Of a stretch of 64,000 bases of DNA, positions 1 to 8,935 are shown piece by piece; position 1 is the stretch's first letter; the number at the start of each line of letters is the position of its first letter. The stretch lies in the NCBI GenBank assembly GCA_022447205.1, contig JAKVBQ010000006.1:7186-71185 (forward strand), read 5' to 3'. The stretch comes from Phycisphaerales bacterium (lineage in GTDB: Bacteria > Planctomycetota > Phycisphaerae > Phycisphaerales > SM1A02). The notes under the pieces were generated by a model that was not told the DNA's origin, did not search any database, and was given only the letters and a program-made list of their open reading frames with translations. Made by a program: the position numbers and the translations under genes.

Positions 1-1085
1 TCGACTACCTCAAGTCCCTCTCCTTCCTCGAAGTGGAGGACAAGAGAAGGATCCAGCAAGGCGCGATCAAGATGATCACGCCGACCGGCTTCATGGAGGT
101 CGACCTCACGGTCAGCGGCTCCAGTGCCGGACAGAGCGCCAGGATCGACATCGACCGCTCCTCCAGGATCGGGCGGCCCTACGACAAGATCGGACTGCTG
201 CCGGTTCAGAAGGAATTCGTCGACACGCTCAACGAAGTCGAGAGCCGTCACGGTGTCATGCTGATCAGCGCCCCCGAAGGCCAGGGTCTCTCGACCACGA
301 GCTACGCCTTCCTGAGCCGGCACGATGCCTTCGCCAGCGTGGTCAAGTCCTGCGAGAAGCGGATCGACCTCGCGCTCCAGGGCGCCGACCAGATGGAATG
401 GAAGCAGGGTGCCGAATCCGGCGACCATGCGACCACCGTCCGGACGATCCTTCGTCGCGACCCGGACGTGCTGCTGGTGGACGACATCAATGAACCGGGT
501 ACCGGCGAGATCATCTCGAAGTCCGGGATCGACGGGCCACTCATCTACGCCTCCGTGCGCGGCGAGACCCTCACCGAATGCGTCGCCAAGTGGGTCCGAT
601 CGACCGGCAACCTCGAGAAGGCCGCGGGCGCGCTGGTGGGCATCACCCTCTGCAGAGTGCTCCGCAGGCTCTGCCCCGCCTGTCGACAGCCCTACCAGCC
701 GGACGACGTCCAGCTCAAGAAGATGGGCATGGGCGGCGTGACCGACGGGCAGTTCTACCGTGCTTCCGGCAAGGTCCAGGTCAAGAACAAGGTCGTCACC
801 TGCGATACCTGTGCAGGCACCGGGTACACCGGGACCCTCGGCGTCTTCGAGGTGATCCCCCTGGATGCCCCGGCCAGGATCCTGATCAGCAAGAACGATC
901 TCAAGGGCGCCTACCGACACGTGCGGAAGACGCACAAGATGCCGACCCTCCAGGAAGCCGCTCTCGCACGCGTTCGCACCGGCGACACCTCGCTGGACGA
1001 AGTGGTTCGCGTGCTCGCACCGAAGCAACCCGCTGCCGGCAAGCCGGAAGCAAAGACCTCCGACAAGGCCAAGGCCGCCAACTAA
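1..1085 (+). CDS. GspE/PilB-family secretion ATPase-like protein, 5'-truncated by the window edge, catalytic motifs degenerate
   Basis: The reading frame is open to the window start (frame 3). It aligns by eye to the C-terminal ATPase domain of GspE/PilB. The Walker B region is retained (RRDPDVLLVDDI), as is the tetracysteine motif (CPACRQ...CDTCAGTGY). The Walker A position reads SAPEGQGLSTT (no GxxGxGK[ST] lysine) and the His-box region reads DGPLIYASVRGE (no His). Confidence 0.7.
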   Translation, partial: DYLKSLSFLEVEDKRRIQQGAIKMITPTGFMEVDLTVSGSSAGQSARIDIDRSSRIGRPYDKIGLLPVQKEFVDTLNEVESRHGVMLISAPEGQGLSTTSYAFLSRHDAFASVVKSCEKRIDLALQGADQMEWKQGAESGDHATTVRTILRRDPDVLLVDDINEPGTGEIISKSGIDGPLIYASVRGETLTECVAKWVRSTGNLEKAAGALVGITLCRVLRRLCPACRQPYQPDDVQLKKMGMGGVTDGQFYRASGKVQVKNKVVTCDTCAGTGYTGTLGVFEVIPLDAPARILISKNDLKGAYRHVRKTHKMPTLQEAALARVRTGDTSLDEVVRVLAPKQPAAGKPEAKTSDKAKAAN

Positions 1086-1113
1086 CCCCCAGTACCCAGA
1101 AGGCAGGCAGCCG

Positions 1114-2772
1114 ATGCTCCCCTACCTCCTCCTTGCACTCGCACTCATCATCGCCGGCGCGATCGCACGCCAGGGACTCCTGAGTTCCTTCCTGCACATG
1201 ATCTGCGTGATCTCCGCCGGAGCGATCTCGTTCGCCCTGTGGGAACCGCTCGGTTTCGCGCTCCTGGACTCGACCGGCGGGTTCTCCCCCTACTTCGCGG
1301 GCACCTCCTTCGGGATGACCTTCCTGCTGACGCTCCTCGGCCTGAGGCTGGCCTCGGACTACCTGGTTCCCGACAACCTGAACTTCAACAAGACCGTCGA
1401 CTGGATCGGCGCGTCGGTCTTCGCGTTGACCAGCAGCATCCTCAGCGTCGGCATGATCGTGATCGCGGTCGGCATGCTCCAGTTCGTGCCCGACGGCTTC
1501 GGTTACAAGGGCTGGGCCCGTGAGAAGGGCACCGGTCGTCCCAACCAGACCGCATCGGTCGGCATGCTCCCGGCGATGGCCACCGCAAGGTTCTACGAGA
1601 CGCTGAGCCTCGGCAGCATGTCCCCGATGATCAATCCGGGTCCGCTCGCGAAATACCGACCCGACGTCGACAAGGCGTCCTGGGCGCTGGTCCGTGACAG
1701 CTACAAGGGGACTTCCGGCAACGGGCGCACCTGGCTCCAGCCCAAGTCGATCACGATTCCGTCGGAGGGCTTCGGCTACAACGAGAATCTGGCCGCGACT
1801 TCACTGAACCCGAACTTCCCGGTCGTCGACGGCATGTACATCGTCACCGCCGAAGTGGGCGTGACCGCATTCGACAACGGCAACCAGTTCACTCTCTCCG
1901 CATCACAGGCCCGGCTGATCGCGGTCCCGAAGTCCTCGACGAGCAAGGCTCGCACCGCGTTCCCGATCCTGTTCGGCCAGGAGACGCGGCAGGGAGCCGG
2001 CATCTTCGCCTTCGATGACCCGAGCAACTTCGTCTCAAGCGTCCCGGGCAAGCAGAAGCTGCGATTCCAGCTCTTCTTCAAGGCCGCCGACATCGGTGCA
2101 CCGCTCGAAGGCAGCAAGTACTACCTCGAGATCAAGGGGCTCAGGCTCAGACTCCCGAACGTGGAGCTCATGGAAGGCGGCTTCAGGGGCGCTTCGTCTT
2201 CGGCCGCCTCGACAACCAACCGCCCGCCGACCGGCGCCGGTGTCCCACTGACCCAGGGCACGCTCGTCTTCTCGAGCGACCTGAGGATCAGGATCTCGTA
2301 CAACCAGCGCGCCGGACTCTCGATCGACGAGAACAACAAGGTCTTGAGCGGTGGCGGCGAGTTCCCGACCGGTGGCGCGTCCGGTGGCATCTCACGTGGC
2401 CTCCGGGTCGAGGACTTCTTCGAGCCGATTGACACCCGGATCGCCCAGCTGAGCGTCGCCAGGGGTGCCATGATCGACACCGAGCAGATCAAGCGTGACG
2501 GCAACGGCGCGAGCGGGCTGGCCCTGGTCGATTCGACCGGTCAGGCCTATCTGCCGGCCGGCTACGTCAAGCAGAGTCCGAAGGTGACCGAAATCAGCTT
2601 CGACCCGACCGTCCTCCTCAGCAGCATCAACGACCTCCCGGTCCTGCCCTCTTCCGGCAACACGACGCTCTTCCTGCTCTACAGGGTGCCGGTGGGCGTG
2701 ACGATCTCCGAGGTCCGGGCCGGCGACGAGACGATCGCCTCGCTGAACATGGTCGTTCCCCAGCCGAAGTGA
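1114..2772 (+). CDS. Membrane protein with CvpA-like N-terminal TM bundle and large C-terminal domain of unknown function
   Basis: 552-aa ORF starting 28 nt after the ATPase-like gene. The N-terminus has about 4 hydrophobic helices (MLPYLLLALALIIAGAI..., VISAGAISFALWEPLGFALL...) resembling CvpA-family proteins. I recognise no domain in the remaining ~400 aa. Confidence 0.6.
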   Translation: MLPYLLLALALIIAGAIARQGLLSSFLHMICVISAGAISFALWEPLGFALLDSTGGFSPYFAGTSFGMTFLLTLLGLRLASDYLVPDNLNFNKTVDWIGASVFALTSSILSVGMIVIAVGMLQFVPDGFGYKGWAREKGTGRPNQTASVGMLPAMATARFYETLSLGSMSPMINPGPLAKYRPDVDKASWALVRDSYKGTSGNGRTWLQPKSITIPSEGFGYNENLAATSLNPNFPVVDGMYIVTAEVGVTAFDNGNQFTLSASQARLIAVPKSSTSKARTAFPILFGQETRQGAGIFAFDDPSNFVSSVPGKQKLRFQLFFKAADIGAPLEGSKYYLEIKGLRLRLPNVELMEGGFRGASSSAASTTNRPPTGAGVPLTQGTLVFSSDLRIRISYNQRAGLSIDENNKVLSGGGEFPTGGASGGISRGLRVEDFFEPIDTRIAQLSVARGAMIDTEQIKRDGNGASGLALVDSTGQAYLPAGYVKQSPKVTEISFDPTVLLSSINDLPVLPSSGNTTLFLLYRVPVGVTISEVRAGDETIASLNMVVPQPK

Positions 2773-2793
2773 TCTCGAACCTGCCGGACGGTC

Positions 2794-4152
2794 TCAGGAC
2801 TGGGCCGCGGGTGCTTCCAGCCAGCGTTCGACGTAGTGGATGTCGAAATCGGCATCGATGAACGGCTGGTAGTCCATGAGGCGACGGTGCAATGGAATCG
2901 TGGTCCGGATCGGGCCGACCTCGAATTCATCGAGGGCGACACGGAGACGCGCGATCGCGGTCGCGCGATCGGGGCCGTGCACGATCAACTTGCCGATCAT
3001 CGAGTCGTAGTTCGGGGGAATCCGGTAGCCGCTGGTGGCATGGGAGTCGAGGCGGACGCCCGGTCCTCCTGCGGGACGCCAGGTCTCGATGAGACCGGCC
3101 TGCGGCATGAAGCCGCGATCGGGGTCCTCGGCATTGATCCGACACTCGATCGCATGGCCGTTCACGGAGATGTCGGACTGCTTGATGGAAAGCGGTTCGC
3201 CCGCAGCCACACGGATCTGTTCGCAGACGACGTCGACGCCGGTGATCATCTCGGTGACCGGATGTTCGACCTGGACACGTGTGTTGACCTCGAGCATGAA
3301 GAAGTTCTGCTCGTGATCCATCAGGAACTCGACGGTCGCTGCGCCGGAGTAGTTGGCACGCTCGATGAGCTTCGCCGCGGTCATCGCGACGTGATCCCGC
3401 TTGTCGGGATCGACCCCGGGTGCCGGTGCCTCCTCGACGAGCTTCTGGTGCCGGCGCTGGGAGGTGCAGTCACGCTCGTAGAGGTGCACTGCATTGCCAT
3501 GACTGTCACCGATCACCTGGATCTCGAAGTGTCGTGCCTTCTCGAGGAACTTCTCGATGTAGACGCGGCCGTCACCGAACGCGGCCTCCGCCTCCTGACG
3601 TGCCGATTCGATGCCGGCTCGAAGCTGCTCCTCGTCACGGGCGATACGCATGCCGCGACCACCGCCGCCGGCCGCCGCCTTGACGATCACCGGGAAGCCG
3701 ATGACGTGAGCGATCTCGACCGCCTCCTCGATCTCGTCGATGGCGTCGTCGGTCCCGGGGAAGATCGGCGTCCCCGTCTCGCGTGCGAGGTTCTTGCAGG
3801 AGACCTTGTCACCCAGGAGTGCCATCGCCTCGGGACTCGGACCGATGAAGGCGAAGCCGCTGTCCCGACAGACCTCCGCGAAATGCGCGTTCTCGGCGAG
3901 GAATCCGTAGCCGGGATGGATCGCCTCGGAGTTGGTGACCTCGGCGGCCGAGATGATGCGGTCGATGCGAAGGTAGCTGTCCGCGGACGGCGCATCGCCG
4001 ATGCAGACCGTCTGGTCCGCATGCTTCAACCACGGCCCGTCGGCGTCGGCCGTCGAATAGACGCAGACCGACTCGATACCGAGCGACTTGGCGGCTCGGA
4101 TGATGCGCAGTGCGATCTCACCACGATTGGCGATCAGGATCCTCGAGAACAT
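2794..4152 (-). CDS. accC: Acetyl-CoA carboxylase, biotin carboxylase subunit
   Basis: 452 aa. N-terminus MFSRILIANRGEIALRIIRAAKSLGIESV, ATP-grasp motifs, and EMNTRVQVEHPVTE-like LEVNTRVQVEHPVTEMITGVD. It lies directly downstream of accB. Confidence 0.95.
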   Translation of the reverse strand: MFSRILIANRGEIALRIIRAAKSLGIESVCVYSTADADGPWLKHADQTVCIGDAPSADSYLRIDRIISAAEVTNSEAIHPGYGFLAENAHFAEVCRDSGFAFIGPSPEAMALLGDKVSCKNLARETGTPIFPGTDDAIDEIEEAVEIAHVIGFPVIVKAAAGGGGRGMRIARDEEQLRAGIESARQEAEAAFGDGRVYIEKFLEKARHFEIQVIGDSHGNAVHLYERDCTSQRRHQKLVEEAPAPGVDPDKRDHVAMTAAKLIERANYSGAATVEFLMDHEQNFFMLEVNTRVQVEHPVTEMITGVDVVCEQIRVAAGEPLSIKQSDISVNGHAIECRINAEDPDRGFMPQAGLIETWRPAGGPGVRLDSHATSGYRIPPNYDSMIGKLIVHGPDRATAIARLRVALDEFEVGPIRTTIPLHRRLMDYQPFIDADFDIHYVERWLEAPAAQS

Positions 4153-4189
4153 GACAGCTCGGTCCCTTCAAAGGAGATCTGGATTGGGT

Positions 4190-4669
4190 TCAGGCGGGTC
4201 GAACGAGGAACATGGGCTGGCCGAACTCGACCGAATCCCCGCTGTTCACCAGCATCTTCTCGATCGTTCCGCTCGTTTCCGCCTTGATCTCGTTGAAGAT
4301 CTTCATCGCTTCCACGAGACACACCACGCTGTCCGCGTTGATCGAATCACCGACCGACACGAAGGCCGGCTTGTCGGGAGCGGGCGACGAATAGAACGTG
4401 CCGACCATCGGACTCTCGATCGCGACCAGCCCCTCGTCGGAGGAGGCCTCGGGTGCAGCCGGCTCGGCCGGAGCAGCGGCGGGTGCCGGAGCGGCCGCAG
4501 CCACCGGAGCGGCGACGGCGACCGGGGCCTGTGCCACCACGGGAACCTGCTGGGCACCCGGACGTCTCAGCGTCACCTGCTCCTGGTCATCACGAAGATC
4601 AAGCTCGGTGAGGTCATTGGCGACCATCAACCGGATCAGTTCCTTCAACTTTCGAATATCAATCATCAA
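4190..4669 (-). CDS. accB: Biotin carboxyl carrier protein of acetyl-CoA carboxylase
   Basis: 159 aa with an Ala/Pro-rich linker and the biotinylation motif EAMKIFNEI. It lies upstream of accC. Confidence 0.93.
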   Translation of the reverse strand: MMIDIRKLKELIRLMVANDLTELDLRDDQEQVTLRRPGAQQVPVVAQAPVAVAAPVAAAAPAPAAAPAEPAAPEASSDEGLVAIESPMVGTFYSSPAPDKPAFVSVGDSINADSVVCLVEAMKIFNEIKAETSGTIEKMLVNSGDSVEFGQPMFLVRPA

Positions 4670-4814
4670 TGCCTCTCAGCGGTTCGCCGGGGCACGTCAC
4701 CCGCCTGCGGCAGGGGCCGTCCCGCTCGATGTGGCGGGGAGTGTACCAAGGACACAGCCCTTCGTGAACCAAACAGGCACGAACCTGCAGACATCGGTGG
4801 CGATCTGGGGGGGA

Positions 4815-5483
4815 TCAGTCCGGGATGCCCGGACCCTCACGGAGGGTGACTGGGGGATCCAGAATCTCCTTGAGGACGATCAGGTCCTTGAGGCGGGCCT
4901 GGTCCCCGAGCATCGATCGGTATCTGATCCGATTCCTGGCGCGGACCGACTGCCGACCCACACCCCAGACCGGCGGGGTGCTTGCGGCGGGTTTCGAGGG
5001 CTGCTTGGAGTCGGGCCTCCGGGAAAGGGCCGGTGCCATGGGCGGCACGACATCAGGCACTCGAGCGATCGCGGGCCTGCCACCGGGTGGTGGCGGCTTG
5101 GGGGTTGCGGTCATGGCGGGCTTCTGCCGCGCAACCGGTTCAGCGGAGATGCGGACCGGCTCCCGCTTCTTCACGGTCGCCTTGATCTGGCCGGCCTTTC
5201 GTTCCATCGCCTGACGACGCAGTTCCTCGATCTGCTGTCGCCGACGCTGTACGACGTCGTTCCGCGCCGAATCGGTACTGGGTGCAGGGGCGGCGGTCGA
5301 TCGTTCATCGAGTACAGGGTCACGCCTGGTCGGTGGGGCCTTCGACTCGGCCTTGATCGTCGGTTCCGAGGCCGCACGCTCGGCTTCCCTGGCTTCCTGT
5401 CGTTTCTTCAGGGCGACGACGACCGCGGAGACGCCTTGCGCGAGGATGACCAGCAGGAAGATCAGTGAACCAAGAGTACCCAT
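4815..5483 (-). CDS. Hypothetical membrane-anchored Pro/Arg/Lys-rich protein
   Basis: 222-aa ORF with an N-terminal hydrophobic anchor (LGSLIFLLVILAQGVSAVVVAL). It is on the same strand and tightly packed between the ABC ATPase gene and accB. I recognise no domain. Confidence 0.5.
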   Translation of the reverse strand: MGTLGSLIFLLVILAQGVSAVVVALKKRQEAREAERAASEPTIKAESKAPPTRRDPVLDERSTAAPAPSTDSARNDVVQRRRQQIEELRRQAMERKAGQIKATVKKREPVRISAEPVARQKPAMTATPKPPPPGGRPAIARVPDVVPPMAPALSRRPDSKQPSKPAASTPPVWGVGRQSVRARNRIRYRSMLGDQARLKDLIVLKEILDPPVTLREGPGIPD

Positions 5484-5493
5484 GGCTCACATC

Positions 5494-6261
5494 CTACAAC
5501 GGATTGCTCGACTCGGACCCGCAGGCGACCGGAACCCGCGTGCCATCAGCGGCCTCGAGCAGTTCGAACGGCACGCCGTAAGCCGCTTCGAGATGCGCCG
5601 GTTCGAGTACCGCCTCGACCGCCCCGTGTGCGACCACCCCACCCCGGGCGACCAGGAGGACGTGGTCCGCGAGCCGGGCCGCGATCGCGAGTTCATGCAC
5701 CGAGAGCAGGATCGTCATCCCGGCATCCGCCCGTTGTCGGAGCAGGTCACAGGTCCTCGACGCCCAACGGGGATCGAGCGCGGCCAGCGGTTCATCGAGG
5801 ATCAGCACCCCATCCCCGGGGCACTGGACCAGGGCCCGTGCCAGGGCGACCCGCTGGCTCTGCCCGACCGAAAGCGCGGCGATGCCCCGATCCAGGAGCT
5901 CATGAAGCTCCAGTTCATCGATGACCCGTTCGATCGTGGTTCGGTCCCGACCCACCATGACACGGCCGAGCTCGAGGACGCGCCGTACGGAGAATCCGCT
6001 CGCACATTCGAACCGCTGCGACATGAACGCCAGTCGGCGTGCCCGTCGCCCGACGGGCATCGACTCGATCGGTTCGCCGTCGATCCTGATCCGACCACGA
6101 GATGGCGTGATCAGACCGGCGGCGCTTCGAAGCATCGTCGTCTTGCCGGCGGCATTCGGTCCGCACACCACGGTGATCGCACCTGGGACGAGTTCGAGGT
6201 CTATGCCCTCGAGGACGACACCTTCACCGTAGTCGTGACCGAACCCCTCGAACCGGATCAT
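5494..6261 (-). CDS. ABC transporter ATP-binding protein (FecE/BtuD/HmuV type, iron-complex or cobalamin import)
   Basis: 255 aa starting at MIRFEGF (ATG at 6261-6259). Walker A GPNAAGKTT, signature LSVGQSQRV, Walker B VLILDEP. There is a 4-nt ATGA overlap with the upstream permease gene. The track's 799-aa ORF is an artefactual upstream extension. Confidence 0.9.
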   Translation of the reverse strand: MIRFEGFGHDYGEGVVLEGIDLELVPGAITVVCGPNAAGKTTMLRSAAGLITPSRGRIRIDGEPIESMPVGRRARRLAFMSQRFECASGFSVRRVLELGRVMVGRDRTTIERVIDELELHELLDRGIAALSVGQSQRVALARALVQCPGDGVLILDEPLAALDPRWASRTCDLLRQRADAGMTILLSVHELAIAARLADHVLLVARGGVVAHGAVEAVLEPAHLEAAYGVPFELLEAADGTRVPVACGSESSNPL

Positions 6262-7259
6262 CGGGTCCACCCCCTGCCGGAACAGAGCAGCCAGAGGAAG
6301 AACGGTCCGCCAAGGAGTGCGGTGAGGACCCCGACGTGCAGGCGTCCACCACCAAGATCGATGAACTGTCGAATCGTCTCCGCGGAGAGCAGCATCGCGA
6401 CACCGGCGAGACAGGTCGCCGGCACCAGGATCCGGTGGCACGGACCGACCAGCAACCGAGCAAGATGCGGGGCGAGCAATCCGACGAAACCGATCGGTCC
6501 GACCAGTGCGACCGCGGTCGCGGTGAGCGCACCCGCACCGAGGAAGAGACCGGTGCGCATCCTTGCCAGGTGCAGTCCGCTGCTTCGTGCCTCGTCGTCT
6601 CCGAGACAGGCGAGGTCGATGCGGTCCGCCCACGTCCAGCTCGCACTGGTGACGAGGATGGCGACGACCAGTGACGACCAGAGCACGCTGCGAGCGGGTG
6701 CTTCCGGGATCCGCCCCATCATCCAGTCGAGGAAGTCGACGCGCAGTCCGTGGGGCACGATGTCCTGCAGGGCCATCGACAATGCTCCAGCCAGGGACGC
6801 CACCACCACTCCGACCAGCAGCAATCGCAACGGGTCGAGCACCCCGTTCACCCGACCGAGTCCCCAGGTCAGGGCGAGGGCACCGAGTGCGCCGAGGACC
6901 GCCGGGAGGACGAGCCCTCCACCACCGGTGATCGAAAGACCGGCGAATGTCGACAGGGCCAGGGCGACCATGACGCCAAGCCCCGCACCGCTGGAAAGCC
7001 CGAGGATCCAGGGCGAGGCGAGCGGGTTCCGCAGGAGAACCTGCAGGAGCAGCCCGGCGAGGCCGAGCGACCAGCCTGCCGCGAGGGCGGAGACCATCGC
7101 ACCCATTCGAAGTGCACGGAGTTCGTCCGGAGGCCAGGCCAGGATGATGCTCCATCCGCCTCCCTCCGCGGGTATGCGTCCGACCGAGAGCCGCAGGGCC
7201 GCGGCGATGAGGACGATGATCGCAAGAACGAGCAGTCCGAACAGTCCGCGACGGGTCAT
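6258..7259 (-). CDS. FecCD-family ABC transporter permease
   Basis: 333 aa, polytopic. It has typical FecCD/BtuC features (N-terminal LLVLAIIVLIAAALRLSVG, C-terminal GGPFFLWLL). It overlaps both neighbouring genes by 4 nt. Confidence 0.9.
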   Translation of the reverse strand: MTRRGLFGLLVLAIIVLIAAALRLSVGRIPAEGGGWSIILAWPPDELRALRMGAMVSALAAGWSLGLAGLLLQVLLRNPLASPWILGLSSGAGLGVMVALALSTFAGLSITGGGGLVLPAVLGALGALALTWGLGRVNGVLDPLRLLLVGVVVASLAGALSMALQDIVPHGLRVDFLDWMMGRIPEAPARSVLWSSLVVAILVTSASWTWADRIDLACLGDDEARSSGLHLARMRTGLFLGAGALTATAVALVGPIGFVGLLAPHLARLLVGPCHRILVPATCLAGVAMLLSAETIRQFIDLGGGRLHVGVLTALLGGPFFLWLLCSGRGWTR

Positions 7260-8146
7260 GACGCCCCCCCGTCCAGCTGCGAACGCAGCGTCGCGACACC
7301 ATCGAGAATGCGGGTGCCGGGGACGAGGAGGTCCCCACCGTCGACCGGCAGGAAGACGATCGCTTCCGCCCGCTCGCCCAGGGCGGCACGAAGCCGTCGA
7401 GCCTGCAGGTCCGCGGCATCTGATGTCGAGGCGAGGACCACGATGTTCGCGGGTTCGAGGACGAGCAGGTCCTCGAGCGAACAGTCGAGGTACCCGTCAC
7501 CTTCGATCGCATTGAGTCCTCCGAGCGACGACCAGAGATCGTCGACGTAGGTCTCGCGGCCGAAGGCCATCGGAGGATCCACGCCGAAGAGAAGGACGGT
7601 GGACCCCATCGAACGGACGTCGGGGTCCGGTACGAGCATGTCGTCGCGTCTCGCTCGCCAGGTGGCGATGCGATCGTTGATCGATTCGGCAGCGACCCCG
7701 ACCGACGCGAGGACGTCGGGCAGCTCCGCGAGCACGCGGTCGACGTCGGCGAGTCGGTTGAGTTCCCATCCGACGATCCTGCAGTCATGCCGTTCGGCCA
7801 GGTCGCGCAGACCCGGATCGATCCCCAGCTGGGTCGGTTGCACGACGATGAGGTTCGGTCGGACGATCGTGATCCGTTCGAGGTCCGGTTCAAGCAGGTC
7901 CCCCACCACCGGCACGTCCGCGAGTTCCTCGGGGGCCCAGGGCGTGCATCCGACGATGGTGTCCGCCTGACCGAGATCGATGAGGATCTGCGACAAGGCG
8001 GGTGAAAGCGAGACGACCCGGGGGGCAGCGAGCTCCCCCGGCGGGTTCGAGCCGGGATGCTCCCGACAGCCGGTCAGGACCGACAGGATCGACGCAAGCA
8101 GGGCGATCGTGATCCAGACGGGGCTTGTTCCGGTCGGGCGGGTCAT
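7256..8146 (-). CDS. Periplasmic substrate-binding lipoprotein (BtuF/FhuD-like, PBP type 2)
   Basis: The start is placed at MTRPTGTSPVWITIALLASILSVLTGC (lipobox LTGC; ATG at 8146-8144). RVVSLSPALSQILIDLGQADTIVG and PDLERITIVRPNLIVV resemble BtuF-type binding proteins. It is the first gene of the importer operon. Confidence 0.8.
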   Translation of the reverse strand: MTRPTGTSPVWITIALLASILSVLTGCREHPGSNPPGELAAPRVVSLSPALSQILIDLGQADTIVGCTPWAPEELADVPVVGDLLEPDLERITIVRPNLIVVQPTQLGIDPGLRDLAERHDCRIVGWELNRLADVDRVLAELPDVLASVGVAAESINDRIATWRARRDDMLVPDPDVRSMGSTVLLFGVDPPMAFGRETYVDDLWSSLGGLNAIEGDGYLDCSLEDLLVLEPANIVVLASTSDAADLQARRLRAALGERAEAIVFLPVDGGDLLVPGTRILDGVATLRSQLDGGAS

Positions 8147-8218
8147 GGGAATCAGGATCGTACGCGCCGCGGGCGACCTTCGCGGGGTACACTTGCCCCC
8201 GATGGCAAGGAGGCGCCA

Positions 8219-8926
8219 ATGCTCGGCAAGATTCGCTCTCTCTTCGGTCAGCGTCACACGGTGGAATTCGACGTCGAACCCGACCCGGTCCTGGAGCCCG
8301 AGGAGGTCCTGGAGGAGGAGCCCGGGGTGGAGCCCGGACTGCAGGTCACTTCGCTGGCCGGCCTGGATCGGCCGGATGAGCAGGCCATGGAGCTCCTCGA
8401 CACCATTCAGGGCGACCTTGCCCGGCAGCGAGATGCCCAGGAGCGGATCGCGGAGGGCATCACCGGGGTCGAGACCCAGCTTCAGCCGGTCTGCCAGCAG
8501 TTGAATCGGCAGATGGAATCGATCGCCAGCAGCGAGCGACACGTGGCGGAACTGGTCGAGAGCTTCACCCAGGCGGCCGGGACCCGGGAAAGCGCCCTGC
8601 AGACGACCGTCGAATCCCTGAACAACGCGGGCGAGCGTCAGGTCCAGGTGCTGAACGTCCTCCAGCAGCAGCTCGACGGATCACAGCAGTCGATCGACGG
8701 TCTCCGCCAGCAGTTCGAGCAGGTCGGCAGCGGACTCGAGGCGCTCCTCGAGACGCAACGGGCCACCGTGAGCAGGACCGACGACCTCGTCGAGGTCGTG
8801 CGGACGCAGATCGACCGCAACGAACTGGCGCAACAGCGAGTCTTCAGGGTTTCGATCGCGCTGCTGGGCCTGGGCACGATCGCGGTCCTGGCCGCAGTGG
8901 TCTTGGTCGTCGTCTACGGACGTTGA
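8219..8926 (+). CDS. Hypothetical coiled-coil protein with C-terminal TM anchor
   Basis: ATG at 8219 is preceded by AAGGAGG. The 235-aa protein is Gln/Glu/Leu-rich (coiled-coil-like) and ends in the hydrophobic segment VSIALLGLGTIAVLAAVVLVVVYGR. Confidence 0.55.
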   Translation: MLGKIRSLFGQRHTVEFDVEPDPVLEPEEVLEEEPGVEPGLQVTSLAGLDRPDEQAMELLDTIQGDLARQRDAQERIAEGITGVETQLQPVCQQLNRQMESIASSERHVAELVESFTQAAGTRESALQTTVESLNNAGERQVQVLNVLQQQLDGSQQSIDGLRQQFEQVGSGLEALLETQRATVSRTDDLVEVVRTQIDRNELAQQRVFRVSIALLGLGTIAVLAAVVLVVVYGR

Positions 8927-8935
8927 ACGACGCAC

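Noticed and set aside
2836-4287. 483-aa plus-strand ORF
   Set aside because: It is antisense to accC and accB, which have unambiguous homology. The sequence is low-complexity and Arg/Asp/Gly-rich, typical of shadow ORFs in high-GC DNA.
5353-7893. 720-aa plus-strand ORF (5353-7515) and the 799-aa minus-strand ORF (5494-7893)
   Set aside because: The plus ORF is antisense to the ABC importer genes and is Arg/Pro/Ser-rich. The 799-aa ORF is the true 255-aa ATPase (start 6261) plus an out-of-frame read-through across the permease and binding-protein genes.
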